Positions 38,201-50,456 of a stretch of DNA of 64,000 bases are shown in pieces. Every line of letters starts with the position of its first letter. Position 1 is the stretch's first letter. The notes beneath the pieces are model-generated. The model searched no databases and was not told the origin of the DNA. It worked only from the letters and a program-made list of their open reading frames with translations. The position numbers and the translations under genes were made by a program. Source of the stretch: Paramecium tetraurelia (taxonomy: Eukaryota); assembly GCA_000165425.1 (NCBI GenBank), contig CT868011.1, positions 186,001 through 250,000 on the forward strand. Direction: 5' to 3'.

Positions 38201-41153
38201 AATTAAAGATCTGATAATTAAGTCTATTATCTCCTAATTTCAGTGTCATACTGCAATTATAATTTTTAAATCTATACATTTAACTATTTATTTTCATTTT
38301 CCAATCTCAAAATATCCTATTATTTCTAAGCATAATCATCTACTTTGTTATCATTAATAATCACTCTGTATCTACTTTCACTTAAAGATACATTTTATAA
38401 TTGTTAATTTAACTTATCAATCTGGTTTTGTAATGTGATTATTTATCTTGAATGCTATTCTTTATTGGATATCAATTATTAATTCAAAATATCCCTCTCA
38501 TTTTAAAGAGCTTTAATTTGCTCTTAAAATTTGATTTGATCTTCAGACTTCTAATACTCTGATCGTATTTCCAATTTCAATTATTAGTTTTCAGTAAATA
38601 ACAACTCTTTCTAGTTTTCTAATAATTTGTACTCTTTTGCATCATAGATTTTTGAACCTAAAACACTTTCACTGATTGATAGGTTACTTTGATTCAAATC
38701 TTTAAAGGCATTTTATTGCGATTGCAACCTTACTATTTCTTCCGTTAAATTTTTATTTTATAATTGTAATTGTTGAATTTAGACACTGAATTGCCTCTCA
38801 GCACTTTATGGAAACAATTTAAGTGTTCTATTTTCTTCTTGCAATTACATCTACTTTTATTTTAATTCAAATATAGAGTTTTCTAGTTATTTAATTTTTC
38901 CATTTAGGTATTCTTTGTCTTACAATAGAGTAGCATAATCATCTCTTAATTGAATGTTCTCTCTCATCAGATTATCTTTGGCTTTTTGGTAGTCATCAAT
39001 TTAATTTTAAAGGAGCTTAACTTCATTGCTTACTGAATTATTATATTCTATTTCTCTTATTTAATTTTTGTATTTTGCTATTTCTTACTCCAATTATTTG
39101 ATCTTATCTTATTGTTAAGTATCTCTTTACAATTGTATATCCAGTTTAGATTGTATTTCTTCATTCTTCCTTTTAAGAACAACCAATTATTATTCTAATT
39201 CCTTATATTAATCACTGTTGAATATTTTAGAATTAAACATGTTATCAGAAAAAGACTTAGATAAATTAATATCAGCTAAATTCTTAATTTGTTCAGTCAA
39301 ATGCATATTCTCTTCAACCAATCGCTTATTTTACTTTATCAATTATTCAAATTATTTTTTAACTTGATTAGCATCTTACAAATCATTTGTTAGTTTTTCT
39401 ATTTTCTTTTTCATCTTCTAAATCTCTAAATTATGTATTTATTGCATTCTTTCAATCTGTTGCTCCAATTAATGATTGACAACATTTTCTTATATTTATG
39501 AATCCTTCATTGAATTCTGTAACACAGATGAATAATCAAATTTCTCTCTTAACTATCTGATCTCTTCAAATAACTTCAAGTTTTCTTCCAAATAACGTTT
39601 ATTAGCTTCAGTTAACTTCTATATTTGCAAATCTCTATCTGGCTACTGTTTTTATGGTTTTGGTTGTTTTTTCTTTGACAATTCCTCTTCTAAAATAGAT
39701 ATTTTTTTTTATAAGTATTGATTCTCTTGCTCTAATTATTCAATTTTAGTTTTCATAACAGGATCCTCAATCATAGACATAGACATGCTGATTCTACTCA
39801 TATTTTTCATCATTTCTAATTCCAATTATAATTCTTTAATCTTATTTGTGGATGTTGCTATTTCTTACATCAATTTCTAATTCACTTATAATAACCTCTC
39901 CTTCTCTCCATCAATATTTTAACTAGTTCTTGAAGACGAACCAAACTTTTAATATTTATTCAATTCCTCTTACAACCTTACTTTCTCGTTATTGCACTCC
40001 AACAACATATCTTAATATTGTTTCACTTTCATTTCATCCAAGAATTAAGATTGAGATAGGGATTTATCATTCTTTTCATTTAAAGCCAACGTCAATCTGC
40101 CATTCTAATTCATTAGATCAGTTTCTCTCTATTTCAAAGAGTAGACTTCGTTCTTCAATGATTGAATCAATCGATCCATACTGTCCAATTAGTCCCTTGA
40201 TGCCGTATTCGATTTACTATTAATTTCTATCATAGAATTCTATTTATACCTAATTCTTTATTTTCCTTAAATAGCTTATCAATTTACTACTAAAGTTTTT
40301 GTTTCTCACTCTAAAGTTGTGCAACTTCCTATTTGAGTTGTGTTATTTAAATTTGATTGTTGGTTCTGAAGTCCTAACTTGTGGCCATCATAACATTATT
40401 TTGGATGGGTTCAAACTTCTTAATTGGCATTACTGATTTCTCATTTATTAATTGCAATAATTGAGCATTCAGTAATGATTAAAAATTAACTTATTTCTAA
40501 TTCAATTTCCCAATGTTATAAGCTATAAATTTCAAATGCACTCTCCTCAAAGATTACATTGAAATAAAGAAAGCACAGAACGCATCTAGTATTTACATGT
40601 CTAATACCTTTGTCATCTTTGCATTTAAATTTCATGATTTGATTGTTAAATTAAACTTAAAGTTGATTCTAATTCGACAGAATACATTAATCTGAATATT
40701 AGATCTTTTATTAGGTTGTACTATTTTCTAAATACTCCAATGAAAATATCCAATTCTAATCATTACAATTGATCTATTATCTAATATAATCATCTCTTAA
40801 ATTACTTCATATTATTGTGATATAATTGGGAGAGTTTATTTTCTAATGAGGCAGAAATTTGAATTTTTTAGAATTCTATAAGTAGCCTAACCTTCATAGC
40901 CTTATTCGAATGGCTGTACGATTGCCTCAATCTTATAACCAATATCGAATATGCTGCAAGGATAAATATTGCCCTAAGTCTCAATCTTTATGCGCTCATT
41001 ATCTGATTTCTTGAACCATTAAAACTTGCATCCTAATGGGATTTAGTTAATTTTTGATGAGAACGCATTGATCGTGATATTTGTGGTTTCATTTAATTAT
41101 GCTGCCTAGATTTCCAAGTGATAGTTAAAGTTCCCCTTAATTTAATAATTCAT
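35220..41153 (-). CDS. Giant (~1900+ aa) coiled-coil protein with N-terminal Ig-like domain
   Basis: N-terminus 'GCKFQWFKK...NIYPCSIFDIGYKIEAIVQP'; then >5 kb of Q/E/K/L heptads; TGA 35222-35220. Confidence 0.8.
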
Positions 41154-41162
41154 ATTAAATAA

Positions 41163-41657
41163 ATGTTATTTTAAGACGATTCAGATTTTTTCATTAAACC
41201 AAATGCCTTCCTCAAACTGCTGAAGTAAGGAAAACCGAAAACTACAGAGATGAGTCGAAGAAAACCGTAAAATGTAGTAGCGAATAAAAAATAATTGAAC
41301 ATATTGCACTTCTCCAAACCTATTTTCCTATTGCAGATTCCGGAAGAGTCAAAAAGCAATCGAAACATCAGTAACAACACTTGCCGTAGTTGGAATACTC
41401 AATCTCATACACCAGATAGAAGAAAGATACTATTGACTTCACCAAAAGAGTCTCGTCTCGGTTACAAAGTATAAAATAAACAAGATCCAGAAGTACCTTA
41501 TGAAATCCACACTCAAATGCCTACTTCCCAGATCAACCCAAAATATGTGATTCAATAAAAATAAGGTTGTGGATTGAGTAGACTTCCCAATTTTAAATTA
41601 TAAATAATCAATCAATTCCCAAATCTAAGATAATTAATGCTGATGAAATAATAATGA
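41163..41657 (+). CDS. Hypothetical 164-aa basic protein
   Basis: Intronless open frame 'MLFQDDSDFFIKPNAFLKLL...QLMLMKQQ*'. Confidence 0.65.
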
Positions 41658-41677
41658 TTATATATATATAATTAGCA

Positions 41678-42619
41678 TCAATTTTTTGATTCCTCCTCTT
41701 TTTATGCTTCAGCAGCCTCCAAAGGATTGTCATATGCCCATTCATCAAAGTCCTCGATTTCCTTATCTGTAAATTTAGTACTCTAAATTCCGATTAATAT
41801 CATACTTTTATTTTATTCAAATCACCTTCACTAACAGCTCCTGTTTTTTTAGCATCCCTTAACTTCTATAAGATCATTTTATTTTTCTTAACAGTCTTGT
41901 ATTCATTCTCAGCCAATTATGCAAGTTCCTGGTTTTTGGCTTTATAGAATCTGTACATGACTTTGATCTAAGAATAAGTATGAGACTAATAATTTTACAT
42001 TTTCACACTTCTTTAAAAGAGGATCCTCATTGATTTCTGGTTCGAAATAGAAGTAAATGGGTAATTAGAGTTCTTCCTTTGGATTAAGTAGTTGTTAATT
42101 GAAGCAAAAACATTGGATTTTGGCAAAATAAAGGCCTGCATCTTCAGGGAATATTTAGTAAGTAGCAAAACCTTAAATAATTATTATATAAAAAACCTAC
42201 TACTGCTTTGTCATTTCTATTGTAAGCTCTATAAAAGACTAAGGCAGTTTCTCCAGCATGAACAGTGACATTCTATTGGACAGGGAGAAATTCCCAGTTG
42301 GCTTCAGGATCAGTTTCTGCTCCAAATTCAATATGATATTTTCTGAAGACATCCACTAGTAATGAAAAGGATGCGAATTACATTTTTTGCCTTTCATTGA
42401 ATAGTCCTTCTTATCAAGGTCTCCTTCCAAACCAAAATGCTCACACCACAATCTGTAAAATGGGACTGCACCAAATGCACATCCAAACGCTGCTCCATAT
42501 AAACCAATATTATAGAGTAATTCTTATCGTCTTTTCTTTTTAAATGATGATAGATTATGTTAAATGTTAGATCTACTGGAATGTTTGAATGAGTAAAACA
42601 ATTTGGATAGTTTGAACAT
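41678..42619 (-). CDS. COX11: Cytochrome c oxidase copper chaperone COX11 with C-terminal extension
   Basis: 'AFGAVPFYRLVCEHFGLEG', 'WEFLPVQQNVTVHAGETAL', 'YFAKIQCFCFNQQLL', 'FYFEPEINEDP'. Confidence 0.93.
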
Positions 42620-43125
42620 TATTAATATAAATTTGGAATAAAATTGTATTATCATGTTTATTCTCAATTCTTATAAAACGAAGATAACAAAAGAATTATT
42701 AGATTGTTCTTAACTTTGATATGGTAGTGTTATCATTCAAGTATTGCACGTATTGTAATTTGCCTGACTGTGCTTATTATAAATCTAAAATCGAAATTAT
42801 GTTTCTTCTCATTAAACTTCTTTTACTAAACAATTTAAAGCAAAACACTGCCATTTTCAATCTGCTCATCTTTTCTATTTCATACTTGCTAATATTTACC
42901 ATTCATGCCACTTATAATTTATATCTGTACATTTATTATTTTAATTGTTTATTCAAAAATTGCATATATTATTTATCTAATTACTATGAAACATCCATAA
43001 ATTAATATAAAATATCTATATCAGAAAAATAGAGAATTATAATTACAAAAGGAAAGGTTGTGCATATTAAATCATAACCAAATAGCTATTTAAATTTTAA
43101 TTATATTTCAATATAAATATTAAAT

Positions 43126-43859
43126 TCAAGTGTTAATATTTTTAGAGTTTTGAATAGATTAATATTCTGAAATATGTGCTAATTAAGTATTTATATTTCC
43201 AATTTAATTTTACAGAGATTAAATCGCCTATTGTTAGAGTAGCTAATTATTGTTACTCATCTTTTGTTGCATTTACAAAATCTAAGTCTCTAATTTATTG
43301 ATCTTTAAGGTTTTTTCTTCATTTTAAGTTTTATTTTACATCAATTGATTGTTTAATTATTACACTTGAAGTGATAAGTCATTATTTTATTGTGATAGAT
43401 CCTAATATTATTCTTATAGTTTTTGTAATTTCTTATCTTATTTTTCTTAATTCTCTTTTAACTATCTGAGAAGCCCAGACATTGTTTCGTTTGATATTTT
43501 CAATAATCTAATTTCTTCAATTTGATTTACTTAATAATTATTGGGTTATTGAAGTTAGTTGTTTCTTGCAAAATTCGATTTCATTTCTTCCAACATTTTT
43601 TTTTATTAGTCCATTTCTTCATGCATTTCATGAATCTAAACTGCAATTTCAGGATCCAGGTCCTTCTCATCCATTTGATGTAGTTCGTATTATATTTATT
43701 GAATGTTTGTGATAAAATAATCCAAATGGCTAACATCATAACCATATCTTTTAATATTCTCAACTTATAGTTTGAAATTACTGAAATCTATTTTTATTTT
43801 GCTAATCACATATTATTATTAAACTTACATAAAATAAATTTTGTTTATGATTAATTCAT
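43126..43859 (-). CDS. Coiled-coil hypothetical protein (start uncertain)
   Basis: About 220-codon open Q-rich heptad frame ending TGA 43128-43126; 5' exon frame not resolved. Confidence 0.5.
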
Positions 43860-44542
43860 TTTAATTAACATTATAATAGCGAATATAATAAATAATCTTT
43901 CTTAGTTAGATCTTATATTTGATTTATTGTTTGATTATGTAAATGTTCCTCAAATTACATTTAATAATCAAGAAATATTAAATACTCATACTGCTTTATA
44001 GAATAATAATATCTCTTAATGCAAATTTACTAAATAATCTCATACTTCTCGATCCTTAATTTATATTAGAGAATAATTCATTCATAGTGAGGAATGGCTA
44101 TTAGTCGATAAAATATCTTAATATTAAATGGATTGTTATAAAACACTCCTAGATATATATAACCAATTAAAAATAATTTTGAATTAAAATAAATTTGACT
44201 TATCTAAATATCAAATCTCATTTAGTTAATAAATTATAGAATTTATTATCATAGTTTTGCACAACCTCTTAATAATCCTTCAAAATATTCTAATCAGTTC
44301 TTAAAATAATTTCTTTAATTTAATCGAGAATCAGACGAATTGATATTAAGTTATTTATTATCATGATAATATTATCATCCTTTGAAATATGATTATTTCT
44401 AAATATTAAATTGAAAATGAATTTTAGTTAAATGCAGTTTTATGACATTTTCATAAGAATTGAATTTTAGTAAAGAGAATTTATCAATTAGTTAATTCTA
44501 TTTTAGAACATAAATAAATTATGATATCAATATTATCTTAAT

Positions 44543-45173
44543 TCATTTAAGTATTTTTTTAACAATATCTATGTATAAGAATTTCCCTTCATTTTTTGGA
44601 TCAATGAATTTCATATACTCATCTGCCTCATCTTCAGTAAATCTATAGCCCATAGTCATTAACAATTCTTTGAAATACTCACTTTAAATATACCCAGTGT
44701 TTTCTAAATCCACAGATTTAAAAGCTAGGATAATAATACTAAGAATTATACCTTCAATTAGTTATTCTTCTCTATCTTATTCCCTTTTCTTTTTGCTAAC
44801 TAGAATGAATAGAGCATCGGATCTGATTCCTTATCCCTCTGAATCTTCAAGTTCCTTGTATAACTCACTCAATTCCTATTCTTCATAGATGTATCCAATG
44901 GATGTCAACAATTCTTGCAATTCAGTAAAGCTTATTCTTTCATCGCCATCTCTATCAAATAATTAAAAGTTTTCTCGATATTTCTTATCTTCTGCATCTG
45001 AGAATAATCTATCTTCATTTTCGTAACTGATACTTTTTAAAGTTGTCATCAGAGTACAAATGGCTTTTAAGTTCTTCAATGACTATTCTTGGTTCAATCT
45101 TAGGCAATCCGTCATTCAAGGCTACCTTTTCTTTTTGTCTCACCTGAGATAAATTAGTTTATGTTTAATTCAT
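44543..45173 (-). CDS. Calmodulin-like EF-hand protein
   Basis: 'RENFQLFDRDGDERISFTELQELL', 'AFKSVDLENTGYI..YFKELLMTMGYRFTEDEADE', 'DPKNEGKF'. A 25-nt intron joins the ATG at 45173. Confidence 0.88.
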
Positions 45174-45197
45174 ATTAATTAAATATAATATTCATAA

Positions 45198-46900
45198 TCA
45201 CCCATTCAGAACATAATCTAAGTTTTTGTATATCTTAATATATAATAAATTAGGACCTAAAATAGAAATGCTAATAATACAGGCATCGAAAGAGAATTAA
45301 GTAGTAATTTCTGCCTTGGGTCCCACTATTTATAAACCTTTATATATCATTTAAATAATAAATGTATTTTAACGTAAGAACTCTAATGAGATGAACCCCT
45401 CAATATAAAAGTTTAGAGCAATACACGAATCGGCTTCGAGATTGCTCAATTCTACCTTGATATGTCTATGATATTTTTAGATGAGAAATAAATATAAAAG
45501 ATTGGAGAATATAAATTAGATGATATGTTATATTGATGTAACAACAAAGTGATCTGACTAATCAGATTCGAATTAAATAGATTTGTTCTCTACATCAGCC
45601 ACAGTATTCATAATCATTAAAGATTGATAAATTAGATTCTTTAAAGAAAATGTTTCTAAATCTAAATTGTTGATTTTGAAATAGTAGATCTAAAATGCAT
45701 CCAAGATCATTTTGATCTTTGTGTTCGAAATAATCTGCCCACTTATTAAAGATTCACTGACTTTTAAATAATACCTATCATCAGAATTCTATTATAATTA
45801 ACATAATTAGAATAATTGTTTGTTTGTTCTTAAATTAATCTTATCTAATTTGCTGGATAATAGTTTAATTTCCTTATCTTTTTATTTCAATTTATCATCA
45901 TCTTGTAAAATATCCTGTCTCTATTCCATCAACATCAATATTTCCCTATTCTCATTCTAATACGCATACAATTTAATATTGTATAATTATTTGGAACTAT
46001 TTTTTTGAATAATAGCTTCAAGTTTTTTTAAAGGAGTCTACTCGATAATCATCTTTTCATATAAAAATTGTCCTATTAATTTGGATTCCATAGCCAAACT
46101 ACGCTGATTTTGATTAATTTTAGAAGTGGCTATTGAATCATAAATTGAGTATTGATGTAAGAAATCCCTAAAATCTTGGTTGTTCGAGATTCCTAATTTT
46201 TGCTCAGCATATTGGTTAGCGTACTTTAATTCAAATTAAAATGATTTTTTATCAAATTTAAATTAGATATATATATTTTGGATTATTTCATTTAATATGT
46301 TTCCTAGATAATGACTATAAAAATACTTATTTCTTTTTCATTCTGATATTAAATGAATAATGTTCGCTTTATGTATGATTTCCTGTAGAGAAGCATGAAT
46401 AAATATAGCGATAAAACTATGTAAAGTATAGCCATTCCATCGAAGGTAAAATAAAATAGAATATATATGAAACGGGCTGTTGTTATTGCCATTAAAGAGA
46501 ACGCATTCCACACAAAATCGTAATGCTCCAATAATGTAATATTGATGATTATTATCCCACATCCCGATACATATGAATTATCATATGCAGGTGTATTCAC
46601 ATCCACTAAAATCTGTATGGCAGTCATAATCAGATTATTTATCACAAATACACTGCATATACTCTTTCCTTTACGATATTTAACTATAAATGGAATTTGT
46701 AAAATGAAAAATATAGTTATGATTGATTCCAATAGCCCATTTACTATCTATCCACCTTTGAGTTGGATTATGGTCACACTTAAATTGATGATTATTAAGA
46801 TTGGTTGATAATGTTTAAAATGAAATAAGCATGATTCTCTTGTAAACTCTTCATATTTACTCTCCATTTATGGTGGAAACCTTAGTGTAAATTTATTCAT
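45198..46900 (-). CDS. Multi-TM protein with degenerate His-kinase-like C-terminus
   Basis: 'MNKFTLRFPPQMESKY' start, about 5-6 TM helices, cytosolic region 'FSLKNLIYQSL...IIQFIFSNLL...IVGPKAEI' resembling an eroded HATPase. Confidence 0.6.
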
Positions 46901-47199
46901 TTAAAAATTAAAATTATCAATAGGTCAATCCTTTATACATTTAATGTACACATACATATCCACAAATAGTTCGCTCTTTTTCACTGTAAATCTGGTTTGT
47001 ACTCATTTCCATTGTAATGATATGTCAATTACCATAAAAAAAAAAAACCTACTATTTTTAGATCAATTATTTTATTGGCTACATTATAGTTTACCATACA
47101 CTTGTTTTATCCTAGATTAATTTTGATTGATAAAAAGTTATTTAATGGTTACGCCCTTTTCAATAGACCAAATAAATTTAATAGACCCAGCAACAATAT

Positions 47200-48200
47200 A
47201 ATCTGTATCTGATCATAAATCCTATCTATCGAAAATAATGCCTAAATAAAGGCATTCTTTTTGATATATATAAAATAATTGAAACTAAGTAATGATGGAG
47301 AAGATAAACAACTTATAGACTTGGATCAGGCGAAAATTAGTACTAATAGAAAGTAATAGAGGAACTTCTCGATGTATTAGTAGGCCTATTTAAAAAGCTA
47401 TCATTTTCTTGATGCCTCAAAATTATAATGATAAGAGTTTAGTTGAACAAATAGTTAACAACCATTGAAAACTCTTGGAATTAAGAATGATTCATCCAAC
47501 AGGAATTTCAGCCAGAATTTTTATAATACTATCTGAATAGCTCATCTGCTTTGAACAAATCAATAAAATTTCAATTTCTAACGTCAACAACATCAATATT
47601 TTAAAAGAAGGAGTGTGCATTAGGATTGGAACAACTTAAAGATAAAAAAAACAACAAGTTATGCTCCTTTGAATAGAGTCCTATATTCAACTTGCAAAAG
47701 TATTTCACCAATAAAATAAAAATTCAGAGTAAAGTCCAAGCATTTTTGCTACATCTTTGATGCTTTTTTTTCTGCCTCAATAGAGGAGCAAAAAGAAATT
47801 GATAAAATAAGTCATATTTTACAAATAACAGAAGAAATCATATTTTGAGTTATCTGCAATAATCTGCTCCAACCCTTAATTAGTAGAAACTATTAATCAA
47901 AGATCTAATGGAAACCAGACAAGATCGTTCTTTAATAGAGGTTTGAAATTATTCTTAAAGTTCATCTAATAATTAAACTCTGAAGGAAATATTCTCAATT
48001 GCATTGCTTGTGATACGCAATTATAATTGGGAACTAATTGAAGGTAGGCTATTTGAAACTTGTTTTGTCAAATTTAAATATATGATTCAAGAAATTTCTT
48101 AAATAATGAAGAAATGAAGCGAGAACTTATGGTATCCATTGTTATTTATACATTAGATATATAAATTCTGAATTTCTGTTAGAGAACTTTAAAATAAAGA
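47200..48200. pseudogene. Decayed coding-like sequence
   Basis: Coding-like composition, but every frame I tried on both strands is broken by TGA. Confidence 0.35.
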
Positions 48201-48311
48201 CGTACTCAATTACAATTAATGAATAATCTAATTCTGGATTACTCTGATAACATTTATATATATTTGTGTTATTAATATATTAGTTTAATAAATTTTTATT
48301 GTTAATTTAAT

Positions 48312-49376
48312 ATGGCAACTAACAATCTTCCAACATTTTACCCAGGATAATAATCAATGACAAATGTTTAACCATCAATATTCTAATAACAAGGAGGTGA
48401 AGAATATTATTTATCAGAGTAGGACCTATCTATTAAGGCAATCAAGGTATTCTATAAGGATTAGGGTCACCTTCAGTAATGTAGTAAAATTAATAGATAC
48501 CATATGGAAATCGTATGAAATGCTTAAAATATTAGAATACGGATTAAATGGAAGTAATTATGGGGTTCCATCATACTAATCTCCTCAAAGAATCGTGTCC
48601 TAAAGAATGATGTAATAATCTCCATAAGTTATTACATCTCCTATAATTCAACAATAAGCTCCTCCTTTTTAATAATAAGTGCAATCGAGTGTGCAATAAC
48701 CATCAGTCAGTATCAGAATAACGATAACATTAAATAGTTCACAATGTTGAGCATGTCCCAGTCATTCATGAACTTCATCATGTGAATCGTCCAATAAATG
48801 TCATTTCAGTGGATGAGATTGAAGGGCCTTGGAGAAGCAAAGTATTGTTGTTGGAGAAACAATTAATTGAATTATAATTGATGTTAAAGAAGGGTCCAGT
48901 TAAGTAGGTGCAAGCAAAGCAAATAGTAGTGGAAGACGAAGGAAAAGTATGTTGAATAAATACTATCAATTAAATAGATCAGATAACTGTAAAGTGAGGT
49001 GGAAAGACTCCAAGCCATCCTAAGAGAGAATCAGAAAGAGATAGATGAATTGTAATAACTCATAAATGATGCTACATTCAATCTAGAAAATGCTGAGGAG
49101 TAGGCATCCTCTCAAGTGGAAGCTCAATAAGCCGAATTGGCCAAATGGAAGAAGAAGTTTTCAGAGTTGAATAAGAAGTTCCATGATATTGAAGAAGATA
49201 TCACTATGACTGAGGCTTAAATAGAGAGTATTCAGAAAAGAAAATTGGTCACTCAAACTACATCTACTGTTAAGACTACTGCCAAAACTTCAGGAGTATT
49301 TCTCCATATTTATAATTAGGGTACATATGGGGATGGAGATGTCAGAAAGAGCGGTTTTAGCAATAGGAATTATTGA
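48312..49376 (+). CDS. Q/P/S-rich plus coiled-coil hypothetical protein
   Basis: 'MATNNLPTFYPGQQ...HVPVIHELHHVNRPINVISVDEIEGPWRSKVLLLEKQL...ELAKWKKKF'; TGA 49374-49376. Confidence 0.75.
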
Positions 49377-49400
49377 TTTATTCAAAAATTATAAACATTT

Positions 49401-50435
49401 ATGCTAAATACAAATTCAAATTAATTTGTTCATTCCAAATTAATCTACGCGTGTGCCATATCTCCTAAAAGTACTATAGATAATTAGAGAATTATATTGG
49501 GAACTATTGGCTCAGGAGGATAATAAATTATATGTAACCAATCAATTAATCTATTTTATAGAATTGCAATCTGCACAAGAAGGCTATAAAATTAAAACCT
49601 ATCATTTGCATAATGCATTCAGTGCTAAATTATTATTTCTCAATCAAAATGAAGGAAACGAAAGATTTGTCTCTGCCGGCGAAAAACTTTAAATATTTAA
49701 ATCAGAAGACTAAAAAATCAGTCATATTTGTGACCTAATGCCTTTAAGCAAGGAGTATGTCGGCCCTACATTCGCCTTAGATTTTCATTATGAATAGCAA
49801 AATAGATTAAGTATAGATTTTCACATATCTCACTTTTAGTCTCTGGTTCTCTGGATCCTACAATAAGAATTTGGGATCTCGAAAAGAGAAAGTGCTAATA
49901 TCAGTTTATTGCATATGACATATCCAAAGAGCCTGATCAATACACTTTGGATTTGAATATAGGTCGTGATACAAACATCTTGGCATTCCTGAATAATTAT
50001 AACCAAATTGGAATCTACGATATCAGAACTAAAATGGGTCTGCACAAAATCAAAGGCAAATTGTAGTATAATCAAGTGATCTGGAATAAAAAATAAGATA
50101 ATAATTTGATTGCCATAGATTATGAGGCGGGTCTTATTGATTTTTATGATACCCGAGATTTTAAAAATAAATATAAGAGAATCAGAACTGACCATAGATA
50201 AATTGTCAAAGCTGAATGGTTTCAGGATAGAAAGTAATTAAGCATTATAATGATTAGTTCTTTGATTACTGCAGGACTGGATAGATAAATTATTCTTTAC
50301 GAGGGTGACAAGTATCTGGAACCATGCTTTGGGTTAACTAAGAATTATGATATAGACAATTTCTGTTGTCAAAACAATCTATTTGGAGTTGTCTCTGAAT
50401 ATTCTTTCGAAGTTTTTAGTTTTGAAACCTAATGA
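49401..50435 (+). CDS. WD40 protein, DCAF7/WDR68/TTG1-like (divergent)
   Basis: 'KEYVGPTFALDF..QQNRLISGSLDPTIRIWDLEK...QFIAYD' resembles DCAF7 'APLTSFDW...TSSIDTTCTIW...QLIAHD'; introns of 28-29 nt. Confidence 0.7.
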
Positions 50436-50456
50436 ATTTTTTATTAAAAATTATTT

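Noticed and set aside
35220..41153. Repetitive tta/ttc/ttg texture as a DNA repeat or array
   Set aside because: Explained by Gln/Glu/Lys/Leu codons of a coiled-coil protein on the minus strand; no exact repeat units or spacers.
42660..42998. Minus-strand ORF with one in-frame TGA ('VA*MVN') as a selenoprotein
   Set aside because: No redox or Cys-like context, no recognisable family and no SECIS seen; more likely a decayed or spurious ORF.
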